From: a virus
Taxonomy: Duplodnaviria; Caudoviricetes
Reading direction: 5' to 3' (one strand)
DNA length: 24,461 nt
Virus record (IMG/VR): IMGVR_UViG_3300017645_000119
Span: 1 to 24,461 of that record
Of this stretch, positions 8,335-15,082 are shown one piece after another (positions within the stretch are counted from its first letter, which is position 1; the number at the start of each line of letters is the position of its first letter). The notes under the pieces are model-generated. The model did no database searches and was not told the DNA's origin. It worked only from the letters and a program-made list of their open reading frames with translations. The position numbers and the translations under genes were made by a program.

Positions 8335-8496
8335 ATGAGCCAACAACACACCTACGCTGAAATCGCTGCCGACTACCATCTGTGGATTGAATTTGTAGAC
8401 ACTGACGCCGTCATGACAGAAGCCGAATTCAATGATCTGACCATCGATCAAAAGGTGGTCTTGCAGATCGAGGCATTTGGTCCTGAGAATGCCTAA
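8335..8496 (+). CDS. acrIE4: Anti-CRISPR protein, AcrIE4 homologue (53 aa)
   Basis: Own translation MSQQHTYAEIAADYHLWIEFVDTDAVMTEAEFNDLTIDQKVVLQIEAFGPENA; aligns without gaps to AcrIE4 as I recall it; AGGAG RBS; acidic; followed by an Aca-like HTH. Confidence 0.88.
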   Translation: MSQQHTYAEIAADYHLWIEFVDTDAVMTEAEFNDLTIDQKVVLQIEAFGPENA

Positions 8497-8998
8497 TCAC
8501 CCGAATCGAGGGCCGAAAGGCCCTGCCGCAAACCCTGCGCCTGATGATATTTCCGCCGCACGCATGGCTGCGGGTTTGACCCAGCGCCAGGCTGCAAACC
8601 TGATACATGGCACCGAGGCGGCGTGGCGGTCGTGGGAGTCTGGGTTGAGGCGCATGCCCCCTGGACTGTGGGAACTATTCAACATCAAAACTGGTTGGCC
8701 ATTGGCCGCCAAGGGAAACGACATGGCTGACAAGCTGAGCGCTCTGCTGGATTCGATCATCGAGGCGAATCCTGAGCTGGCTGAGAATCGTGTGTATCTG
8801 ACGTCCGTCGCCAGAGGCTCCCGGCTCATGAAACGCTACGGGAAAAACGGAGGAAGCGATGCGCCCGCCCCTGGCCCAGGTTTTGATGAGTGGTTTGCTG
8901 GGAATGCGTTGTACGTCGGCGCTTGCAACCAGGTGCGCAAGATTGTGGGCAACGTTGAGCCCAACATCACCCGCCAGATTGTGGCGCTGGTACAATAA
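8489..8998 (+). CDS. Aca-like XRE HTH regulator fused to an unknown C-terminal domain
   Basis: NPAPDDISAARMAAGLTQRQAANLIH...WRSWESGLRRMPPGLWELFNIK resembles Aca10-type regulators as recalled; start overlaps the acr stop; in-frame internal ATG at 8723. Confidence 0.8.
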   Translation: MPNHPNRGPKGPAANPAPDDISAARMAAGLTQRQAANLIHGTEAAWRSWESGLRRMPPGLWELFNIKTGWPLAAKGNDMADKLSALLDSIIEANPELAENRVYLTSVARGSRLMKRYGKNGGSDAPAPGPGFDEWFAGNALYVGACNQVRKIVGNVEPNITRQIVALVQ

Positions 8999-9054
8999 GT
9001 CCAGCACGCTGAGGTTATGTTAGTTCCACCCAGTGCGCATATCCTAATCAGATC

Positions 9055-9080
9055 AGCCGCCTACGGGCGGCTTTTCTTTT
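9055..9080 (+). terminator. Intrinsic terminator of the acr-aca operon
   Basis: AGCCGCC-TACG-GGCGGCT followed by TTTCTTTT. Confidence 0.85.
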
Positions 9081-9152
9081 GCCCGCTCATTCTGGGTGGG
9101 GTTTTTCCTGAACGAAATCGCCGTCTCCCCGCCCCGCTTGCCGCTGCCGAAT

Positions 9153-9172
9153 CTATCCACAGGTTATCCACA
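9153..9172 (+). promoter_or_regulatory. Tandem DnaA boxes
   Basis: CTATCCACA (9153) and perfect TTATCCACA (9164), 11 bp apart; a degenerate third at 9176. Confidence 0.6.
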
Positions 9173-9187
9173 GAGTTATCTCTTGTA

Positions 9188-9203
9188 CTGTATAAATACA
9201 CAG
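9188..9203. promoter_or_regulatory. LexA (SOS) box
   Basis: CTGTATAAATACACAG = CTGT-N8-ACAG with AT-rich core. Confidence 0.85.
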
Positions 9204-9271
9204 TGCAATATAGGGATGCAACTCGATACCGCTGCCCCAGGAGGCGCACATACGACATAAAAAGGCAGACT

Positions 9272-9469
9272 ATGACAGCACAGAAAAACGAGAAACCACC
9301 TGATCTCCGCAAAATTGTACGGCTCATTCGCGAGCAGCCCACCTATACACCTAAAACCAGGCGCGCCCTGCTCCGTCAGTTTCTAGGCGAGATTCAAGAC
9401 CTTGCATACCAAATTGATGCTCTGTTGACCCTCGAAGAAGAACAAGAAAGCCGAAGTCGCCCAGATTGA
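9272..9469 (+). CDS. Small putative SOS-regulated protein (65 aa)
   Basis: MTAQKNEKPPDLRKIVRLIRE...; AAGG RBS; flanked by an SOS box and a terminator. Confidence 0.65.
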   Translation: MTAQKNEKPPDLRKIVRLIREQPTYTPKTRRALLRQFLGEIQDLAYQIDALLTLEEEQESRSRPD

Positions 9470-9487
9470 GCCGGCTCACTCCGAGAT

Positions 9488-9512
9488 ACCCGCTACGGCG
9501 GGTTTTATTTTT
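9488..9512 (+). terminator. Intrinsic terminator
   Basis: ACCCGC-TACG-GCGGGT followed by TTTATTTTT. Confidence 0.85.
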
Positions 9513-9528
9513 CCTGTTACAAAATAAT

Positions 9529-9572
9529 AACTAGCGGCACTATTGACAGTCCATTTAACTAGTGGCACTATT
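9529..9572 (+). promoter_or_regulatory. OL operators and PL promoter
   Basis: AACTAGCGGCACTATT (9529) and AACTAGTGGCACTATT (9557, exact reverse complement of the OR site at 6979); TTGACA (9543)-N17-CACTAT (9566). Confidence 0.85.
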
Positions 9573-9876
9573 ACACCAACACCCCACCCACCGCTTAGCG
9601 CCAAAGGCCAGCACAGGGGGAGGCAGAGCAAGCGCAAGCCCATGCGAGAGCGCCAGTACCCATACAGGATCTGAAGCGCTGAGGTCGAAAGAGGAATGCC
9701 CTAGCCCGAGCTGCAATCGGAGCGGACGCGAAGAAGGGGCCAGTAAACGGAAAGCCCCAGAGCCGACAGAGCCGTGTGGCAGTGAGCAAACTGGAACCGT
9801 CAGGAGCTTACTGTCCGGAGTCATCCGCAAGCCCTGCGAGTCAGGGTTTACTGATGACAACCATAAGGAGAGTGGC

Positions 9877-10185
9877 GTGACAGATATAGAAAAGGGCGCA
9901 TACGTCTATCTTGAAATTCGCGACGGGAAGCTCGTTGCGTCGGCTGGAGCCAGCAGCGACGAGGAGGAATTCGAGCGTGCGGCAACCCTTCACAACGAAG
10001 GGGAATACGTCAGCCTCTGGATGACATTCTCAGTAAGCGAGGTGCTTGATGGAACCATTGAAAGCTTCAGGCACGGCAACACGGCAGGCGTTGAGCTAGA
10101 TGCTGAAGCAAAGCCGCGCATTGATGCTCTGCGGGCCGAACTAACAGCAATGATTTCAAAGATCGATGCGATCACCTACTCCTAA
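9877..10185 (+). CDS. Hypothetical acidic phage protein (first PL gene)
   Basis: GTG start after AAGGAG; 102 aa; the upstream extension in the ORF track looks non-coding. Confidence 0.75.
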   Translation: MTDIEKGAYVYLEIRDGKLVASAGASSDEEEFERAATLHNEGEYVSLWMTFSVSEVLDGTIESFRHGNTAGVELDAEAKPRIDALRAELTAMISKIDAITYS

Positions 10186-10301
10186 CCCCCGCCCCTTCAC
10201 CGGGCCATATCTGAATCGCCTTTCACTGTGAGATCTGCGATTTTCATGTGAGGACAAGATGGAACCACGCCCAAAGATTGACGACGCCATGGAGGCTAAA
10301 G

Positions 10302-10622
10302 ATGAGTAATGTGCCGATGCCGGAGCCGGTGGGGTTCATAAAGCCCTTCAGCCTATCTGTTATCAAGGGCCTGTCAGATCAGGGCAGGCTCTACACGGAC
10401 ATCCAGCGGTGCGCAGACGATGAATTCACCGCCCCGCTCATCACCACCACCCAAGCCCAAGCCTACGCAGATGCGAGGGTTAGGGAAGCGTTGGAAGATG
10501 TTGTGGCCCTCATAAAAACAGAGACGACGCGGCATCTCCTTGCGTATTCCGCTGTCACGGAGATGGAGAGCGCAATCGGCTGCATCCGATCCATTATGCT
10601 GCCTACCAATCCTCCAGCCTAG
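10302..10622 (+). CDS. Hypothetical phage protein
   Basis: GGAGG RBS; MPEPVG...PLITTTQAQAYADARVREALE mosaic motif common in phage early genes. Confidence 0.75.
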   Translation: MSNVPMPEPVGFIKPFSLSVIKGLSDQGRLYTDIQRCADDEFTAPLITTTQAQAYADARVREALEDVVALIKTETTRHLLAYSAVTEMESAIGCIRSIMLPTNPPA

Positions 10623-10666
10623 CCAGCTAAAGCGGCTACAAGACGACCCAAAGGAGGTGATGCCCC

Positions 10667-10717
10667 ATGGAACCTCAGCGCAGGCGTTCTCGCGAGATCT
10701 ACGAGTCTATGACCTGA
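10667..10717 (+). CDS. Possible 16-aa Arg-rich peptide MEPQRRRSREIYESMT
   Basis: AAGGAGGTGAT Shine-Dalgarno at 10651 at normal spacing from the ATG. Confidence 0.35.
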   Translation: MEPQRRRSREIYESMT

Positions 10718-10719
10718 CA

Positions 10720-11321
10720 GGGGTGCGGCTGACACAACGCACAAGCCCTGCCCGCGTCGGTTGCGGCGCAGGGGCCATCAAGAAAGAGCGCGGCACAGCA
10801 AAAAGACTGCTGCCTGGGATCAATGCGAAAGCCGGTCGCACCCCGCCTACGGGCGTTATAGAGGCAGATACCGCTCTTTTTCTTGATGGTGTAGCGCGTA
10901 ACGCGCCGGAGCCAGAACCGGCAGCCAAAGGTGATGCATGCCCACCAACCAGAAGTAGAGGCTGCAAGCAGGTAGCCACCCCTGCCACCATCAATCGCAG
11001 TACGGCGGTGCCTCGTCTGGCACCCAACTACAGGCCACCCGGAGCCTGGCCCGAACAGGGCGAATCCGGGCAAGATTTCTGCTTCCGCGACATAGAGCAT
11101 ACCCCGATGACTGCGGATAAAGACGGGCGGGGGCCATCCCTGTAATGAGGCGCTGTCCCGGGCGCGAGACGATGGCTTAGCGGCAAGCTCGGCTTGGCGG
11201 TGGCTCGCCTTGCTGGGCTTGTCGTGGCGGGGGCCTTCCGGTCAAGACACCTTCCCTCTTACTCCTGGCGGAAATGCGGAGGGTTTACTGTGCGGTTCAG
11301 AGGTGTCTTGACCAGAGGGCC
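10720..11321 (+). ncRNA. Structured non-coding region with several closed multi-branch modules
   Basis: Inverted repeat pairs 10775-10790/10872-10889, 10883-10891/10986-10994, 10995-11001/11110-11116 and 11232-11252/11301-11321; no credible CDS. Confidence 0.5.
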
Positions 11322-11410
11322 GCTCAAACGCTGCACCTTCGCAGCATTTTCAATCATCTAGTACGTGAGGGTTGCGGCCCTCTATCCATTCCCAACTCAG
11401 GGAGATAACC

Positions 11411-11842
11411 ATGTATGCAACCAGTCGGCCCTATGCGGGCCAGGACGACCCTGCGCGTGTCGATCCGCCTGATGGGTGGAGCGCTGCTCAGGAAACCCAG
11501 TATTACGCCCGCCTGCACGAAATCGAGCGCGACACGCTGCAGAAAGTTCGCACATGCGTTGTCGCTGTACTCAAGGGCGATCTGCCCGAAACCGCAGTGC
11601 AAACACCCTATGGATTTCGCACTGTCAACGCTCGCGACATATTCGTCGGCACAGTTGAGGATATTGAGGACGAGACGCTGCCGGTCATCATACCCGGCTA
11701 CCGAGACGACATGACGTATACGCAAGCCGCGCTGCTGCTGGCGGTGGCCGGGACTCAAGAGAGCAAAGAGCTTATCGACGCCTATTGCTGGCCGACCGTG
11801 CGTGTTCTGGCGCATTGGCAAATGATCAAGGAGGCGGCATGA
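11411..11842 (+). CDS. Hypothetical phage protein
   Basis: GGGAG RBS before the ATG at 11411; ends in KEAA with ATGA coupling. Confidence 0.8.
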   Translation: MYATSRPYAGQDDPARVDPPDGWSAAQETQYYARLHEIERDTLQKVRTCVVAVLKGDLPETAVQTPYGFRTVNARDIFVGTVEDIEDETLPVIIPGYRDDMTYTQAALLLAVAGTQESKELIDAYCWPTVRVLAHWQMIKEAA

Positions 11843-11907
11843 GACTCCTGTTTTTGCTGATCTACATCGTGCAGTTGCCTATACAGATTACGGGGATACG
11901 CGGATGA
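11839..11907 (+). CDS. Small hydrophobic peptide (22 aa)
   Basis: MRLLFLLIYIVQLPIQITGIRG; AAGGAGG RBS; ATGA overlaps at both ends. Confidence 0.5.
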   Translation: MRLLFLLIYIVQLPIQITGIRG

Positions 11908-12053
11908 AGACACTACACAAGCTCTGGATGCGCCTCACGCAGCACTCCGGCGAGCCAGGAGACAGCATTCCGTGGTACGCGCCGCCGCTGATGGCGCTCT
12001 TTATGGTCGGCGCGTATGTGCTGATGTCAACGCTGGATAAGGCGGGGTTTTAA
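11904..12053 (+). CDS. Small membrane protein (49 aa)
   Basis: MKTLHKLWMRLTQHSGEPGDSIPWYAPPLMALFMVGAYVLMSTLDKAGF; ATGA coupling. Confidence 0.6.
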   Translation: MKTLHKLWMRLTQHSGEPGDSIPWYAPPLMALFMVGAYVLMSTLDKAGF

Positions 12054-12064
12054 AGGATAAGGAT

Positions 12065-13147
12065 ATGAGCGAAGTCATAGAAAAAGAATCGACCGAACTA
12101 GATCTGCTGCCAGCTGCCGAGACGGCTCTGCAAGTCTACCAGCAACCCAAAGGGCTAGACCCGTACATCGAGCGTATCCGGGCGGAAGTCACCGGCCACG
12201 TACCTGATCTGACCACCGACAAGGGTCGAAAAGCCATTGCGAGCCTCGCCTTTAAGGTGCGCAAGGCAAAGACAGCGCTGGATGCCCTAGGCAAAGAGCA
12301 GGTAGACAGGCTCAAGGAAATCCCGAAGCTGATCGACGCCGAGCGCAAACGCATGCGCGATGAGCTGGACGCGCTTGCCGGGGAGGTGCGCAGGCCGCTC
12401 GATGAATGGGAGCAGGCTGAGGATCGGCGTGTCACCATGCACAAGACCGGCATCGACTGGTTCCGGCTGCGCGCTGAGGAAAACCGCGACTTGGATAGCA
12501 CGGAATTGCGAGCAACCATTGCTGAGGTCGAAGGTATGGTTGTCGATGAGTCCTACGAGGAATTCGAGGCCGAAGCGCACCGAGTGAAGGCTCGCGCTCT
12601 AGACAGTCTGGCGCAAGCCCTGTCTGCTCGCGAGAAATACGAAGCGGAACAAGCCGAGCTTGCCGAACTGCGCCGCAAACAGGCCGAGCAGGAACAGAAA
12701 GACCGCGAAGCCCGCATCGCTCAGGAAGCCGCTGAAAAAGCCAAACGTGAAGCCGAAGCAAAAGCCCAGGCCGAGCGCGAAGCCGCAGCACGACGCGAAG
12801 CACAGGCCAAGGCAGCCGCAGAGCAAGCCGAACGCGAGAAGCTAGAAGCCGTCGAGCGCCAAAAGCAAGCAGAGGCACGCGCCGAGGCTGAAAAGCTGGC
12901 TGCCGAGCAACGGGCCAAACAAGCCGCCGAAGCCGCCCGACTGGCAGAGATTGAGCGCCAGCAGCAGGAAAAGGTCCGCATCGAAGCCGAGCAGCGCAAG
13001 CGGGAAGCCGACAAAGCGCACAAGGCGAAGATCAACCGCGCCGCCCTGGCTGCATTTGTGAAGGGCGGCATGCCCGAGGAATGCGCTAAGCAGGCCGTGA
13101 CGCTGATTGCTAAGGGCGAAATTCCGGCCGTAACGATTAACTATTGA
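12065..13147 (+). CDS. Coiled-coil phage recombination-module protein (often annotated TolA-like)
   Basis: PDLTTDKGRKAIASLAFKV...PKLIDAERK...PLDEWE; A/E/R/K-rich coil; IAKGEIPAVTINY end. Confidence 0.85.
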   Translation: MSEVIEKESTELDLLPAAETALQVYQQPKGLDPYIERIRAEVTGHVPDLTTDKGRKAIASLAFKVRKAKTALDALGKEQVDRLKEIPKLIDAERKRMRDELDALAGEVRRPLDEWEQAEDRRVTMHKTGIDWFRLRAEENRDLDSTELRATIAEVEGMVVDESYEEFEAEAHRVKARALDSLAQALSAREKYEAEQAELAELRRKQAEQEQKDREARIAQEAAEKAKREAEAKAQAEREAAARREAQAKAAAEQAEREKLEAVERQKQAEARAEAEKLAAEQRAKQAAEAARLAEIERQQQEKVRIEAEQRKREADKAHKAKINRAALAAFVKGGMPEECAKQAVTLIAKGEIPAVTINY

Positions 13148-13154
13148 GGACGCC

Positions 13155-13910
13155 ATGAGCGAAATTATCGAGATGGAACAGCGCGAAACCGCTGTTGCCA
13201 CACCACAAGATCAAGTCCCGGCCAACTCCCCCATGGGAATGATGATGGCGGCCATGAAACAAGGCGCCAGCCTTGAGCAGGTCGAAAAGATGATGGATCT
13301 GCAAGAGCGCTGGGAGCACCGAGAAGCCGAGAAGGCATTTAACGATGCCATGGCCGCCTTCAAAGCGGAAGCTGTCGAGATCATCAAGCGCAAAACAGTG
13401 GACTTCTCTAGCCAGAAGGGGCGCACCCACTACAAGCACGCGGAGCTGTCTGATGTGGTGGAGGCTGTAGGCCCAGCCTTGTCCAAGCACGGCTTTGCAT
13501 GGAGCTGGAAAACCGAGCAAAACGGCGGCAGCATCCGTGTGACCTGCATCTTGAAGCACCGGCAGGGCCACAGCGATTCAGTGTCGCTCGAATCGGCGGC
13601 AGACCAGTCTGGCAACAAAAACAGCATCCAGGCCATTGCTTCAACCGTCACGTACCTGCAGCGGCACACGCTCAAGGCAATCACCGGGGTATCAGAGAAA
13701 GGCGACGACAACGATGGCCGGCATGAAATCGACACCGAGCTTGGCGACTCGTGGGTAAGCCAGATGGCGCAAGCCGACACGACAGAAGCCATGGAGGCAA
13801 CGTGGGCGGCTGGCTGCAAAGACATTGACGGCAAGAACGATCTAAACGCCTTCAAGGTGTTTCGCCAAGCCTACGCCGACAAAAAGAAAATGCTCAAGGA
13901 GGAAAAGTAA
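13155..13910 (+). CDS. ERF-family single-strand annealing protein
   Basis: YKHAELSDV...PALSKHG...VTCILKH..GH...IQAIASTVTYLQRHTL...DDNDG. Confidence 0.9.
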   Translation: MSEIIEMEQRETAVATPQDQVPANSPMGMMMAAMKQGASLEQVEKMMDLQERWEHREAEKAFNDAMAAFKAEAVEIIKRKTVDFSSQKGRTHYKHAELSDVVEAVGPALSKHGFAWSWKTEQNGGSIRVTCILKHRQGHSDSVSLESAADQSGNKNSIQAIASTVTYLQRHTLKAITGVSEKGDDNDGRHEIDTELGDSWVSQMAQADTTEAMEATWAAGCKDIDGKNDLNAFKVFRQAYADKKKMLKEEK

Positions 13911-14545
13911 TGGACGGCCTAATCATCCACACCGACCCGCAAGGGTCAGACGCTTGGCTCCAGGCGCGTAAGGCCGTCATCACAGCCAGCCGCTTCAAAG
14001 ACTGCCGCGACAAGCTCAAAAACGGCGCTCCATCCAAGAAATGTATGGACTATGCCCGCGACGTAGCCCGCGAGCGCGAAGGCGGCGAGCCGATGCCTGT
14101 ATTTGTGAATGGGGCTATGCGCCTGGGCACCGAACAAGAGCCAGAAGCCCGCGCCATGTACGAAATGCGGACAAAGAATCTGGTTGACGAAGCCGGGTTC
14201 ATCACCACGGCAGACCGCTTGTTTGGGGTCAGCGTAGACGGCCTGGTTGGCGACGACGGCATCATCGAAATCAAGACGATGGTGTCCAGCGACACACTGT
14301 TCACGGCCTTTGTTGATGGCGATATCTCCAGCTATGTCGATCAATGCAACGGCGCAATGTGGTTACTTGGCCGCAAATGGGTCGATCTGGTCTTGTGGGT
14401 GCATGACCTGGGGCGAATGAAGATTATCCGTATCGACCGAGACGACGAGGAAATCGAGGCGCTGGAAGCCGATCTGATGGAGTTCGAGCGCACCGTCACC
14501 AAATACCAAATCGCATTACGCGAAGCACTGAAAGAGGCAGCTTAG
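13910..14545 (+). CDS. YqaJ/lambda-exonuclease family protein
   Basis: QGSDAWLQAR...ITAS...G.EQEPEAR..YE...SVDGLV...IEIK. Confidence 0.93.
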   Translation: MDGLIIHTDPQGSDAWLQARKAVITASRFKDCRDKLKNGAPSKKCMDYARDVAREREGGEPMPVFVNGAMRLGTEQEPEARAMYEMRTKNLVDEAGFITTADRLFGVSVDGLVGDDGIIEIKTMVSSDTLFTAFVDGDISSYVDQCNGAMWLLGRKWVDLVLWVHDLGRMKIIRIDRDDEEIEALEADLMEFERTVTKYQIALREALKEAA

Positions 14546-15025
14546 ATGGCAAATTTAACCGGAATCGGGCGCATCGGAAGGGATGCAGAAACCCGCTTTA
14601 CACCAGGCGGCGACGCAGTTACCGAAGTTTCCCTGGCATTCAGCTACGGAAAGAAGGACCCCAATACCAACCAGAAACCCACTCAATGGGTGAAGGCCTC
14701 TATATGGGGCCAGCGCGGCGAATCGCTTCGTCAATACTTGCTCAAGGGCACGCTCGTTTACGTAGTGCTGGATGATGTCCACATTCAGGCATTCGCCAAA
14801 CAAGACGGCAGCCAGGGCGTAGCAATGGTAGGCAAGGTGTCTACGATCGAGTTTGCTTCACGGCCTATTGACGGTGGCCAGCCGCAACAACAGCGTCAAG
14901 CCCCACCACAACGTCAGCCGCAGCAGCGACCGGCACAGCAAGCGCCCGCCGCGAATCTGGCTGATATGGATTCAGATATCCCATTCATGCGTGCTGGCCA
15001 CGGAGCGGCCTGGCGCTGCATTTAA
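14546..15025 (+). CDS. ssb: Single-stranded DNA-binding protein
   Basis: GRIGRDAETRFTPGG...YLLKGTLVYV; Q/P-rich linker; DSDIPF. Confidence 0.93.
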   Translation: MANLTGIGRIGRDAETRFTPGGDAVTEVSLAFSYGKKDPNTNQKPTQWVKASIWGQRGESLRQYLLKGTLVYVVLDDVHIQAFAKQDGSQGVAMVGKVSTIEFASRPIDGGQPQQQRQAPPQRQPQQRPAQQAPAANLADMDSDIPFMRAGHGAAWRCI

Positions 15026-15082
15026 CCCCCTTCCCCACCACCCCTGGAGCCCAGCGCCCCAATAAGGCGCTGGGAGAGATTT

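Noticed and set aside
8160-9270. Solitary CRISPR repeat (Racr) or CRISPR array near the acr operon
   Set aside because: No match by eye to I-C, I-E or I-F repeat consensus and no repeat-spacer periodicity anywhere in the window
9017-9271. N-terminal extension of the 150-aa ORF
   Set aside because: Runs through a terminator, DnaA boxes and the SOS box
9562-9876. N-terminal extension of the 207-aa ORF
   Set aside because: Starts inside the PL operator/-10; the RBS-supported start is GTG 9877
9671-9892. Hammerhead-like words (CTGAAG..CGAAA; CTGATGA..GAAA)
   Set aside because: Core consensus incomplete in the first case and no stem II between the motifs in the second
10259-10309. 16-aa micro-ORF MEPRPKIDDAMEAKDE
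   Set aside because: Has a weak RBS but looks like a collapsed gene remnant; insufficient support
11001-11070. HDV-like ribozyme (CCTCG loop, GGCGAAT)
   Set aside because: Cannot build the nested P1/P2/P3 double pseudoknot; simple hairpins explain it
10540-11145. 201-aa plus-strand ORF (and antisense ORFs 10699-11100, 10707-11027)
   Set aside because: No RBS at the start, overlaps a better gene, composition not protein-like, and the region is explained by dense RNA stems; not excluded without Ribo-seq
12600-13030. Repetitive GCCGAG/GAAGCC sequence
   Set aside because: Consequence of the A/E/R/K coiled-coil coding, not a DNA repeat element
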